A stretch of DNA of 32,000 nucleotides from Breznakia blatticola (GTDB lineage: Bacteria; Bacillota_I; Bacilli_A; Erysipelotrichales; Erysipelotrichaceae). This document shows, piece by piece, positions 17,434-26,492 of this stretch. Every line of letters begins with the position of its first letter. Position 1 is the first letter of the stretch. The stretch covers positions 898-32,897 of the forward strand of contig NZ_SODD01000027.1 in the NCBI RefSeq assembly GCF_004365815.1, in the 5' to 3' direction. A program made the position numbers and the translations under genes. A model generated the notes under the pieces. It saw only the letters and a list, made by a program, of their open reading frames with translations. It had not been told where the DNA came from and searched no databases.

Positions 17434-17687
17434 TATCATAACGCAAGAATAGAGTCTTATCTTTCGCTTTTTTTACATGTAATCTACGAAAAAAGAACTT
17501 TTGATTTTACAAACATAAGAAAATGTAAAAATATATCACACGTTTTTTTACTTAAGTTTAACTGGTATTGAGTTTTCTGGCTAAAAGACTACTAAATTAT
17601 GATGTTTAACCGTAAAACTATTTCTTACGGATGATCTCTTATCTTTACTATACCGATTATTTTATCTCCTCACAATATAATCCTTAA

Positions 17688-17724
17688 TATAAAAAATCTA
17701 CACCATCTCTTGGCATAGATTTTC
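17688..17724 (-). terminator. Rho-independent terminator after the HAD-TM gene
   Basis: Minus strand reads AAATCTAtgCCAagagaTGGtgTAGATTT followed by TTTTATATT. Confidence 0.65.
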
Positions 17725-17726
17725 TT

Positions 17727-18728
17727 TTATATACATTGAATGACAATCAATACAATCCACAACAAACCTAGTGTAATATTTTGAATTACCTTGTTTTTAT
17801 ATAGTGGATCTTTGTATCGATCACGATACCGATTATAACTTTGTTTAAAAAAGAATAGAGAAATATAAAAATAGCTTACATAAAGTGGAAAACAGTATAA
17901 TGAAATACCTAGTCCAATAAGATATAACAAGATCTTCCAATGCATATTCAAAATAGGTTTTTGTCGTTTATCCAAATGTTCATTAATAATGTCTGAGACA
18001 TCATCAACTATTGCACTAGCTATTGACTTCACTTCTTCGTTTCCAATATTCATCGCATATCCGTGAAAGATTTCAATCATTTGTTTATCGTTTCCGCCAT
18101 CTCCAACAACAAGAACTTTATCACTCTTAGGTAAATGATGATCCAACAACCATTGTAATGATGTTGCCTTGTTATCGTGTAATCCATTTACATCGATTGT
18201 TTCAATATTTGGATGAAAAGATACTTCACTACCATACGCCTCTCGTAATAATTTCGTGGCTGTTTTCACTTTATCATATGTATCAAAGCGCATATCTATT
18301 CCATAATAATCATATTTTTCAATTTCATCGAGTTCAATTTCTTTCGTGTAATAATTATAAGTGCTTGCAGCTTCATTATCACTTTCAACTACCATACGCT
18401 CAAATCCAGCAGATAAAATATAATATACACTACTTCGCACGATTGGATCACATATGATTTTCTTTGCCAAACTTCCTGGAAACTTTGCTTCATAGATAGG
18501 CTTATACGCACTGTTATACACAACTGAACCATTATTACATACTGCAAAATGAAATGGGATTTTGTATTTGTCTATATCTTTTTTCAACGTCAAAATATCT
18601 CGTCCAGTCACAAAGATGAAGATATTTCCTGCATCTATCCAATTTGTAATTGCATCTACTGTTTTTTTCTTTATTTCACCTTTCGAATTTGTTAGTGTTC
18701 CATCCACATCACTTGCTAATACTTTCAT
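17727..18728 (-). CDS. Cof-type HAD-IIB phosphatase with a C-terminal hydrophobic membrane extension
   Basis: 333-aa ORF. HAD motifs LASDVDGTLT, FVTGRD, VVGDGGNDKQM. The last 75 aa or so hold 2-3 hydrophobic helices (ILLYLIGLGISLYCFPLYVSYFYISLFFF, ITLGLLWIVLIVIQCI). RBS AAAGGAGG. Confidence 0.8.
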   Translation of the reverse strand: MKVLASDVDGTLTNSKGEIKKKTVDAITNWIDAGNIFIFVTGRDILTLKKDIDKYKIPFHFAVCNNGSVVYNSAYKPIYEAKFPGSLAKKIICDPIVRSSVYYILSAGFERMVVESDNEAASTYNYYTKEIELDEIEKYDYYGIDMRFDTYDKVKTATKLLREAYGSEVSFHPNIETIDVNGLHDNKATSLQWLLDHHLPKSDKVLVVGDGGNDKQMIEIFHGYAMNIGNEEVKSIASAIVDDVSDIINEHLDKRQKPILNMHWKILLYLIGLGISLYCFPLYVSYFYISLFFFKQSYNRYRDRYKDPLYKNKVIQNITLGLLWIVLIVIQCI

Positions 18729-18740
18729 AATCCTCCTTTA

Positions 18741-18768
18741 GAAAAAAGGTAGGTTGACCTACCCTTTT
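18741..18768 (-). terminator. Intra-operon intrinsic terminator/attenuator between dhaL and the HAD gene
   Basis: Minus strand reads AAAAGGGTAGG-TCAA-CCTACCTTTTTTC. The dhaL TAG stop is inside the stem and the HAD RBS starts 3 nt after the T-tract. Confidence 0.55.
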
Positions 18769-19376
18769 ACACTGATTTCAAATGCTTCAAATAATAATAC
18801 AGCTACATATGCTCCTGGATCTAGTAAATCTCTAGAAGCTTCTCCTCTTGTTGCTGCACGTCCATGTTTGGCAATCATTGTCGCAGTTTGTTCATATCCT
18901 TGTCTAGCTGCTTTACTTGCTTTACTTGCTAATTGCGCTAATGGAAGTTCTATGTTTTCTTTTAATACTTGAACTGCTGGATCAATTCCATCAATAAATG
19001 TTTTTTCACCAACGTTTGCCTTACCTCGATTGATAACACCTGCTTCAAAACTGTCAAAGAACTGCACCCAGTTTTCATTTGTAAGTTCATTTTGATTTCG
19101 TAAATCTTTTCCTGCTTGCATCAAACCAGAAGCCATAAGCGTTCCCATCGTTGATGGCACTGCACTTGCCATGGCTTTTCCACCAGCATATACAAGTTTT
19201 CCTAGATCTTGTTCATCAGTATCTTTGACTGCAAGATATGCAGCACGAAATCCATCTGACATAGTAAGTCCTAAATCTCCATCACCAACAATTTGATCCA
19301 TTTCGATAAGTGTATCTTTATTTTCTTGCATGATGTTAGCAACAACTTCAAGATATCGTTTCATGTCTTGTAACAT
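18759..19376 (-). CDS. dhaL: DhaL-like (Dak2) nucleotide-binding subunit, divergent copy
   Basis: 205-aa ORF. Dak2 motif DQIVGDGDLGLTMSDGF (GDGDLG rather than GDGDHG). RBS AGGAGG. Confidence 0.8.
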   Translation of the reverse strand: MLQDMKRYLEVVANIMQENKDTLIEMDQIVGDGDLGLTMSDGFRAAYLAVKDTDEQDLGKLVYAGGKAMASAVPSTMGTLMASGLMQAGKDLRNQNELTNENWVQFFDSFEAGVINRGKANVGEKTFIDGIDPAVQVLKENIELPLAQLASKASKAARQGYEQTATMIAKHGRAATRGEASRDLLDPGAYVAVLLFEAFEISVKG

Positions 19377-19384
19377 ATTGCCTC

Positions 19385-20395
19385 CTACATTTGTTTGAAG
19401 AATGGCGTGTTGACTGGATAGTCAATCAATGGTTTAAGTTCTTCATCAACTTTGAGTAGTGAAATCGAAACACCTGACATTTCAAGTGCTGTTGCATATT
19501 CACCTACATAATAACGATACGCTTTAATGCCTTTTTCTTTTAAAATCGCATCAATTTTTCTTGTAACGATGTATTGTTCATCTAGTGGAGTTGCACCTAA
19601 TCCATTAACAAGAACAGCAACTTCATCACCTTCAACATATGGTAAATCCGCAAGAATTTGTTGCATCATTTCTTCTGTGATTTGATCTGCACTTTCTAAC
19701 TGACCACGGCGAATTCCTGTTTCACCATGTATTCCCATACCGATTTCCATTTCATTTTCTTCAATGGAGAATCCCGCTTTTCCAACTCTTGGAACTACAC
19801 ATGCACTTAAGGCAACACCCATCGTGCGTACATTATCTGCTGCTTTTTGGGCAATTCGGGTAACGGTTTCTAAATCGTACATTTTTGCTGCCGCTGCTCC
19901 TGCACATTTATAGACAAAGAAAATTCCAGCCACACCTCTACGTGTGCTTTTTTCTCCTGGTGCACTTGGTCCAGCACTAGCTACATCATCGGCTCCAAGC
20001 ACAGTTGTCACTTGAATATTTTCTTCAAAGTCGGCCATTTCTGTAGCCATATCAAAGTTAAAGATATCCCCATTATAGTTTCCATAAATGTAAAGAACTC
20101 CTGCACCTTGATCAATGTCTTTGGTAATTTCAAACATCTGTTCTGCTGAAGGAGATTGAAATACATCACCTACTGCACAACCATCAAGCATCCCATCACC
20201 AACATAACCTAGAAATAATGGTAAGTGTCCAGATCCACCACCAGTAGAAATCCCTACTTTTCCTGGTGTTTTATTTTTTGTGACATAACACTGAAGATCA
20301 TCATTTACACAAGTTACTTGATCTTGATGTGCAATATAAATCCCTTCTAACATTTCTTTTAGATAGTTTTCTGGATTGTTTATAATCTTTTTCAT
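19385..20395 (-). CDS. dhaK: DhaK-like (Dak1) substrate-binding kinase subunit, divergent copy
   Basis: 336-aa ORF with STGGGSGHLPLFLGYVG (HLP rather than HEP) and MGIHGETG (hemiaminal His region). Confidence 0.8.
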   Translation of the reverse strand: MKKIINNPENYLKEMLEGIYIAHQDQVTCVNDDLQCYVTKNKTPGKVGISTGGGSGHLPLFLGYVGDGMLDGCAVGDVFQSPSAEQMFEITKDIDQGAGVLYIYGNYNGDIFNFDMATEMADFEENIQVTTVLGADDVASAGPSAPGEKSTRRGVAGIFFVYKCAGAAAAKMYDLETVTRIAQKAADNVRTMGVALSACVVPRVGKAGFSIEENEMEIGMGIHGETGIRRGQLESADQITEEMMQQILADLPYVEGDEVAVLVNGLGATPLDEQYIVTRKIDAILKEKGIKAYRYYVGEYATALEMSGVSISLLKVDEELKPLIDYPVNTPFFKQM

Positions 20396-20402
20396 ATAGA
20401 AC

Positions 20403-21065
20403 CTACTTTAGTGTAATTTCTTTTGGATACGCCCAACTTTGTAATTCTTCTGCTGGGAAGAATTCAGGTTCTTTACCATTTAATGCAGTTAATGTATTGT
20501 AGTAAAGTTGTGCAAGTTCTTCAATATACGCTGCTTTTAAATACGCTTCATAAATATCATTTGCATCACATGCAACTGCTCCATGACCTTTCATTAAGAA
20601 ACAATCCGCTTCTTTTACTGGCTCGACGGCTGTTTCTGCTAGTTCTGGAGTTCCAGGACGACCATATGCAGCAACTGGTACACGACCTTTTGATAACCCC
20701 ATAGTTGCAACTTCATAAACAATTGCTGGTAATGGTTTATTTAATACTGCAAACGTTGTTGCATACATAGAGTGTGTATGCGCAATTGCTACTACATCTT
20801 CTCTTGTTTCATATATTTTTAAATGCATAAGTGATTCACTTGTTGGACGTAATCCAGATAAGTTTTCAATTACCACTGCATTCATATCCATTACAATCAT
20901 ATCTCTAGGTGTCAACAATTCACGGTCAACACTTGTCGGTGTAATTACAACATAACCAGTTTCTTTATCACGAGCGGAAAAGTTTCCTGATTTATGTTTA
21001 CATAAGCCATCTTTTTGTGCGCGTTTTGCGATTTCACACACATCTTTCTTTAAAGCTTCTAACAT
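20403..21065 (-). CDS. Class II aldolase/adducin-family protein (FucA / L-ribulose-5-P 4-epimerase-like)
   Basis: 220-aa ORF with PTSESLMH, IAHTHS and MKGHGAV (Glu plus three His zinc ligands). RBS AGGAGG. Confidence 0.8.
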   Translation of the reverse strand: MLEALKKDVCEIAKRAQKDGLCKHKSGNFSARDKETGYVVITPTSVDRELLTPRDMIVMDMNAVVIENLSGLRPTSESLMHLKIYETREDVVAIAHTHSMYATTFAVLNKPLPAIVYEVATMGLSKGRVPVAAYGRPGTPELAETAVEPVKEADCFLMKGHGAVACDANDIYEAYLKAAYIEELAQLYYNTLTALNGKEPEFFPAEELQSWAYPKEITLK

Positions 21066-21073
21066 AGTTCCTC

Positions 21074-23137
21074 CTATTTTATTAATATGTTAAGCATTTG
21101 GTCAACATCACTTGCTCGACGCAATGCTTTCATTTTCGTTTCATTCTCTGTTATTTCAATAAACTGAAATAATGGGTTTAAGTGTTTGGTACGATCTGGT
21201 GTTGCTAGTACTACAATCATATCCGCTTCTAAATAATCAAAGATCGGAATACGTTTTGGTAATCGTAAAAGTCCCATTGCAACTTCATTTACCCCATCAT
21301 CAATTCCTGCATGTGCCACGATGACACCATCAGCAATCGCAATATATGGTTTATCTTGTTCTATCGAATCAATCATTTTCTTTACATAACGAGATTCAAT
21401 ATCTCCTTGATCGAGTAAGGGTTTAGCTGCCTTTTCAATGGCTTGTTGCCATGAAAGTTCCTCATGTTCTACTTGAACGGTTTTCGTTGTTAGAATATCT
21501 GCAAGCGACAACTCTATTCCTTCTTGATGTACAACTTTTTGTGTAGGTAAAGAAGGATCTTGAAATAAGTACTGTTGTAAGTCTTTCATCATCTGTTCAT
21601 TATCATCGACTTGAGCATGTTTTCTAACAATATCCATAATCTCAGATAAGTTGATGCGATGTGGTTTAATTCCACTTAAGCTTCCCATCACCTTTTCTCT
21701 AAAACGTTGTTTTGCATAATCATTTAGAAATGGCTTTACTAAATATTGTGGTTTTTCACTATCCAAACGTACCGTTGTAAAAATCAAATCGTATGGTTTG
21801 TCATATTCTTCAAATGCACGAATCGATAAACAATCCTTGAATTCGATCTCTGGTAATAATTCAGATAGTGTGACATATAAATAGTTGGATACTGTCACAC
21901 CGTTTGAACAAATTACAATCGCTTTTTTCTTTTCCTCAATGATCTCAAGATTTCCTTCTTTTTTTAGCCACGCTCCAAAAAGCACAGTTAAATACACAAG
22001 TTCATCATCAACGATTTCACTTCCTACAAATGCTGCAAACGGTTGACTTGCTCGTCGTACCATTTCATGCAGTTGGGCATGTTGTGGTAAGACCATATCA
22101 ATTGCACTATTTTCGATATGAAATTGATACTTCATTCGATAATATGCAGGCTTACAGTGTTGCACTAATGCTTCTAGTAGTGCGGATTTTCCTTGAATTT
22201 GGACCAAGGAAATCTCTTCAAAGCGTTCAATCATATCAAATGCTGCATCAGTAATTTGCTTTTCAACTTCCACATCATCCGTACGCATTGAACTCACATT
22301 TGAACTTTGAATTTGTGCTGCAATAAACATCCGTTCTAACTGATTTTCTACGGCATATTTTTGCACAAGAATATTGGTTGCTGTATATTCACTAGTTCCA
22401 ACAATATGTTGAAATGATTCAGCAATTGCATCCAATAATTTACCTTGTTTGATGCGACGTAAAATCAAGTATAGAATAAATGGTAATTCTTCCAAGCGCT
22501 CATCTGTGAATTTGATATTTAGCTTATCCTCGATCAACATAATCGATTCATACACAGATGCAAATTCTGCTTCTTCAATATTACAGATTTTCTTTATGAC
22601 ACAAGCTCCATTTGGCATTAGTAATACTTTGCGAATCGCCGTGATTAAACTTTCACGTTTCGCAAACTCGCTTCCTGTCATTCGATATCCATCTTTTCTT
22701 GAATAATGCACATCTACTTTGTAATTTCGACATAAGGTTTGTTGCAGCTTTTTTAGATCCAGTAAGAATGTATTCTTACTAATATTGAGTTCGTATGTAA
22801 AATCAGCAGTGGATAATTCTTCTTGGCGGCATAGTAAAAGAAGCACAATTAAATACTGTCTTTCTTTATCTGAATATGTATAATCAGCTTCTTCTAGGTT
22901 GAAGTTTTCGGTCTTATATTCATCAATAACTGGTGCTGGAATTTGAAACTTTCCTGTTTTTAAACGTTCAATACATTCAAATCCATTATCCATAAGATAA
23001 TCATTTACTTTCTCAAGCGAATAACTCAGTTGCTTTCTTGATAAATCAAGCATGTCTTGTAATTGCTTTCCAGTAATTGTTGGATTATCTACGATTTGTA
23101 ATAAGACATTACGACTTCTTTCATCCAAATATGCCAT
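21074..23137 (-). CDS. PRD-domain transcriptional activator of the MtlR/LicR/ManR type (HTH-Mga-PRD-PRD-EIIB-like-EIIA-like)
   Basis: 687-aa ORF. Two N-terminal HTH regions, central PRD-like helical repeats with conserved His, EIIB-like KKAIVICSNGVTVSNY (Cys), and a C-terminal EIIA(Mtl/Fru)-like region GVIVAHAG...DMIVVLATPD. Confidence 0.8.
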   Translation of the reverse strand: MAYLDERSRNVLLQIVDNPTITGKQLQDMLDLSRKQLSYSLEKVNDYLMDNGFECIERLKTGKFQIPAPVIDEYKTENFNLEEADYTYSDKERQYLIVLLLLCRQEELSTADFTYELNISKNTFLLDLKKLQQTLCRNYKVDVHYSRKDGYRMTGSEFAKRESLITAIRKVLLMPNGACVIKKICNIEEAEFASVYESIMLIEDKLNIKFTDERLEELPFILYLILRRIKQGKLLDAIAESFQHIVGTSEYTATNILVQKYAVENQLERMFIAAQIQSSNVSSMRTDDVEVEKQITDAAFDMIERFEEISLVQIQGKSALLEALVQHCKPAYYRMKYQFHIENSAIDMVLPQHAQLHEMVRRASQPFAAFVGSEIVDDELVYLTVLFGAWLKKEGNLEIIEEKKKAIVICSNGVTVSNYLYVTLSELLPEIEFKDCLSIRAFEEYDKPYDLIFTTVRLDSEKPQYLVKPFLNDYAKQRFREKVMGSLSGIKPHRINLSEIMDIVRKHAQVDDNEQMMKDLQQYLFQDPSLPTQKVVHQEGIELSLADILTTKTVQVEHEELSWQQAIEKAAKPLLDQGDIESRYVKKMIDSIEQDKPYIAIADGVIVAHAGIDDGVNEVAMGLLRLPKRIPIFDYLEADMIVVLATPDRTKHLNPLFQFIEITENETKMKALRRASDVDQMLNILIK

Positions 23138-23156
23138 CCTTACCCCCTGTTTCTAT

Positions 23157-24152
23157 TTATACGCGTAAACCCATACTATCTGCTTCAACTTCAAGTAATT
23201 CATGGAGTTCATCATCCATACGCATGATGGTTAATGCAGCTCCATTCATATCTAGTGAGGTTACATAATTACCAACCAACACTTTATCAATATTGATATT
23301 TCTTGCTTGAAGTTCACTTTCAATATCATTATACAATACGTAAAGTTCCATAATTGGTGTTGCTCCTAAACCAGAGACAATCACAGAAAGTGTTTCATCT
23401 GCTTTCACTTCCAAATCATCAACTACAGCTTTTACCATATCTTTTGCAATATCTTTTGCACTTTTTAAATCTTCCACATGCATGCCTGGTTCTCCATGGT
23501 GTCCAATTCCAAATTCCATTTTTCCTTCATCAATATGGAAGTTTGGTTTTCCTACTGCAGGAATGGTACATGAAGATAATCCCACACAAATACTGCGTGT
23601 TTGATTCACTGTTTTTTGTGCGACGCGAATGACTTCATCAAGAGTAGCTCCTTGACTTGCCTTTGCCCCTGCAACTTTCCACATGAATACACCACCAGCT
23701 ATACCGTGACGTTTTTCTTTTGTCTCTTTTGGTGAAGATGATACATCGTCTGTTGCAACAACGTATTTTACTTCTACTCCTTCATCTAGACACATGTCGA
23801 CTGCCATTTTTACATTCATGTTATCTCCAGCGTAGTTACCAAATAAACAAGCAACCCCATTTCCACTATCAACACTCATAAATGCATCATAGAACGCTTG
23901 TGCTGGTGGAGAAGAAAATACTTCTCCAACCGCTACTGCATCAAGCATTTGGTGTCCTACATAGCCAAGAAATGCTGGCTCATGTCCACTTCCACCACCA
24001 CTAACAAGTCCGACCTTGCTAGCAATTGGTGCTGCTTTTAACTTCATAACATGATCATTTTCACTTAATATTTCTAACTCTGGACGAGCTTTTTCAATAC
24101 CTTTCATCATATCTTCAACGATGAAATCGGCATGATTCACAAATCTTTGCAT
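23157..24152 (-). CDS. dhaK: DhaK (Dak1) dihydroxyacetone-kinase-type subunit, canonical copy
   Basis: VSGGGSGHEPAFLGYVG and FGIGHHGEPG. ATG at 24152 (MQRFVNHADFIVEDMMKG) is preceded by AGGTGG at 8 nt; the GTG at 24164 from the ORF track is less likely. Confidence 0.85.
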   Translation of the reverse strand: MQRFVNHADFIVEDMMKGIEKARPELEILSENDHVMKLKAAPIASKVGLVSGGGSGHEPAFLGYVGHQMLDAVAVGEVFSSPPAQAFYDAFMSVDSGNGVACLFGNYAGDNMNVKMAVDMCLDEGVEVKYVVATDDVSSSPKETKEKRHGIAGGVFMWKVAGAKASQGATLDEVIRVAQKTVNQTRSICVGLSSCTIPAVGKPNFHIDEGKMEFGIGHHGEPGMHVEDLKSAKDIAKDMVKAVVDDLEVKADETLSVIVSGLGATPIMELYVLYNDIESELQARNINIDKVLVGNYVTSLDMNGAALTIMRMDDELHELLEVEADSMGLRV

Positions 24153-24164
24153 ACTATAACCCAC

Positions 24165-24800
24165 CTATCTTAATAACTTCTTGCAGCCATCAGCAAACGA
24201 CTCAAGAATGAGTTGTGCACTTGTTGCTCCAGCATCTTGATGACCTTTTGAACGTTCTCCAAGTCTTGATGCGCGTCCAAGTTTTGCCACCATATGTTTT
24301 GTTGCTTCAAGCCCTGCTTGTGATGCCCCAACCATTTCAGTTAACGCTTTATTTACATCTTGTGATGCATCAAATTCTTTATGATATGCGTAAATTGCAG
24401 GATCTAATACATCAACTAATGTTTTATCATTCACTTTTGCTGGTGATATCTTTTTAATATTGTCATATGCTTTATCTAGCATTTCACCAATGATTTGACC
24501 ATCGATTTCTTCATGTTGTTTACTAGCAACATATAGGCCACGAAAGAAATTTCCGTATAATGGACCCATACTTCCTCCAATTTTACTCATAAGCATTTTA
24601 CTAATGATTTGAAAACCTGTACTCATATTTTCTTTACCAGTTAATGCTTCTTTTGCTAGTGTAAAGCCTTTATTCATGTTAATTCCATGATCACCATCAC
24701 CAATTGCACCGTCGATTTCGCTTAAGTAATCACGATTTTTTTGAATACATGCAATGATGGTTTCAACTATTTCAATTCCTTCTTGATTCGTAAACTTCAT
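24165..24800 (-). CDS. dhaL: DhaL (Dak2) ADP/ATP-binding subunit, canonical copy
   Basis: 211-aa ORF with the Dak2 motif DGAIGDGDHGINMNKGF. Confidence 0.85.
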   Translation of the reverse strand: MKFTNQEGIEIVETIIACIQKNRDYLSEIDGAIGDGDHGINMNKGFTLAKEALTGKENMSTGFQIISKMLMSKIGGSMGPLYGNFFRGLYVASKQHEEIDGQIIGEMLDKAYDNIKKISPAKVNDKTLVDVLDPAIYAYHKEFDASQDVNKALTEMVGASQAGLEATKHMVAKLGRASRLGERSKGHQDAGATSAQLILESFADGCKKLLR

Positions 24801-24801
24801 A

Positions 24802-26172
24802 TTACGCTCTTTCTGCTGCTGCTACTTCTTTTGCGTTTTTTGCTTCTCTACGTAATTCACGGTAGTACATTGTGTATCCTGCTAACCAAGCTACAAGTAC
24901 AACCACTGGGATAAAGTTTCCATTTACTACATCAAATACTTGTGAAATTCCGTATGTAAATACTGGACCATCAATTGATGAGTTTGAAATCATTTGTCCT
25001 GCTGCTAAATCAACAGCACCTGTTGCGTTTGCTAAGTCTGTAATAAATGGTGCAAATGCTGTACCAATCCATAAGAAGCATGGAACTCCGATTGTACAAA
25101 GAATTAACATTCTTGGTAAGTTTCCTTTTGTTACTAAGTATGCAGGTACTGCTAATGCAATATTGATAATTCCAGCAAATGGTAAGATTTCGTTTCCTGG
25201 TAAAATCATAGACATTAATAAGGTTACTGGCACTGACCAAATAACTGCTAACCAAATTTCATTTGATCCACCTAGGAATGGCCAGTCAAGACCAACAATT
25301 AAACTTCTTCCTTCGAAACGTTTGTTCATAAAGTCACTAACCGCTTCAGAAATTGGTGATAATGCTTGCATAAAGTATTTTGAAATCACTGGGAATAATG
25401 TTAATGCAGTTGCAGCTTGAACTCCTAACGTTAAGATTTCAGCTGGACTCCATTTTGCCATGATTCCAAATACACATCCTAAGATAAATCCAAGTACGTG
25501 GTTTTCTGCAAAGATACCAACTTTTTCTTTTAATGCTTCCGCATCAAAGTCTTTGTTGAATGCAGGAATTTTACGTAATAATAAATCGAATGGGTATAAA
25601 ATTGCTCCAAAGAATACCATTTTGTGTGTACAAGTAACTCCAGGAATTCCTGATAATTCTTCAATACGGTGTGAGTGTACATCTGCTGTTTTAAGTTCAA
25701 AGATAATTTGAATTGTAGCAACTACAAATGCTAAAGGTACACTATCTGTAATGGCAACAACACAAACTGCAGTAAAGATTTTCCCCCATACATTCCATAA
25801 ATCTGCATTGAATGTTTCTGTTTTCTTTAACACGATCATAATAATGTTCACAACGATAAGTAATGGGAACATTAAGAATGCATATGGCCATGACCATGAG
25901 ATTGTCGATAATGTTGTCCATCCACCATCAACAATTGGTAATGAAATACCTGTTGATTCTAACATTGCTTCTGCTGCTGGTGAAATTGCCCCAGTCATAA
26001 AACTAATAAGCATTGACATTCCGGTAAATGCAACCCCTAATGTAATACCTGCAGAGATTGCATCTTTCACTTTCATACGAACAAGCAATCCTGCAAAAAT
26101 GATGATAATTGGTACGAATACTGCTGCCCCTAAACTAAGTAGCCAGTTAACTACATTTTGTAAAATATCCAT
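24802..26172 (-). CDS. PTS galactitol-family EIIC permease
   Basis: 456-aa polytopic membrane protein. Its size and position after EIIA(Mtl/Fru-type) and EIIB(Gat-type) genes fit the GatC family. RBS AGAGGAGAG. Confidence 0.78.
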   Translation of the reverse strand: MDILQNVVNWLLSLGAAVFVPIIIIFAGLLVRMKVKDAISAGITLGVAFTGMSMLISFMTGAISPAAEAMLESTGISLPIVDGGWTTLSTISWSWPYAFLMFPLLIVVNIIMIVLKKTETFNADLWNVWGKIFTAVCVVAITDSVPLAFVVATIQIIFELKTADVHSHRIEELSGIPGVTCTHKMVFFGAILYPFDLLLRKIPAFNKDFDAEALKEKVGIFAENHVLGFILGCVFGIMAKWSPAEILTLGVQAATALTLFPVISKYFMQALSPISEAVSDFMNKRFEGRSLIVGLDWPFLGGSNEIWLAVIWSVPVTLLMSMILPGNEILPFAGIINIALAVPAYLVTKGNLPRMLILCTIGVPCFLWIGTAFAPFITDLANATGAVDLAAGQMISNSSIDGPVFTYGISQVFDVVNGNFIPVVVLVAWLAGYTMYYRELRREAKNAKEVAAAERA

Positions 26173-26202
26173 AAATTTAAACTCTCCTCTTTTGTTTTCT
26201 TA

Positions 26203-26484
26203 TTAGCCATTATTCACGGCATCAATTAGTCTTTGTAATTCCTCTTTTTGTTTCATTCCTGTAAGAAATGCAATTCCATTGATTACTGGAATTGGATATT
26301 CCTTATTTGTTTTCGTAATTGCAATGTATGCAACCGCATCCGTCAAATGACGATCCACAGATTTTAAGTCTACCGCTTCTACTTTTGCGTCAACTTTATT
26401 TTCTTTTAGTAAACGATTTACTTTACTTGCTACGGTTTGTGAAGTTGCTACTCCACTACCACAAGCCACGATTATTTTTTTCAT
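26203..26484 (-). CDS. PTS galactitol/lactose-type EIIB component
   Basis: 93-aa ORF. MKKIIVACGSGVATS carries the active-site Cys in the P-loop-like motif. RBS AGGAGGG. Confidence 0.82.
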   Translation of the reverse strand: MKKIIVACGSGVATSQTVASKVNRLLKENKVDAKVEAVDLKSVDRHLTDAVAYIAITKTNKEYPIPVINGIAFLTGMKQKEELQRLIDAVNNG

Positions 26485-26492
26485 AGTCCCTC

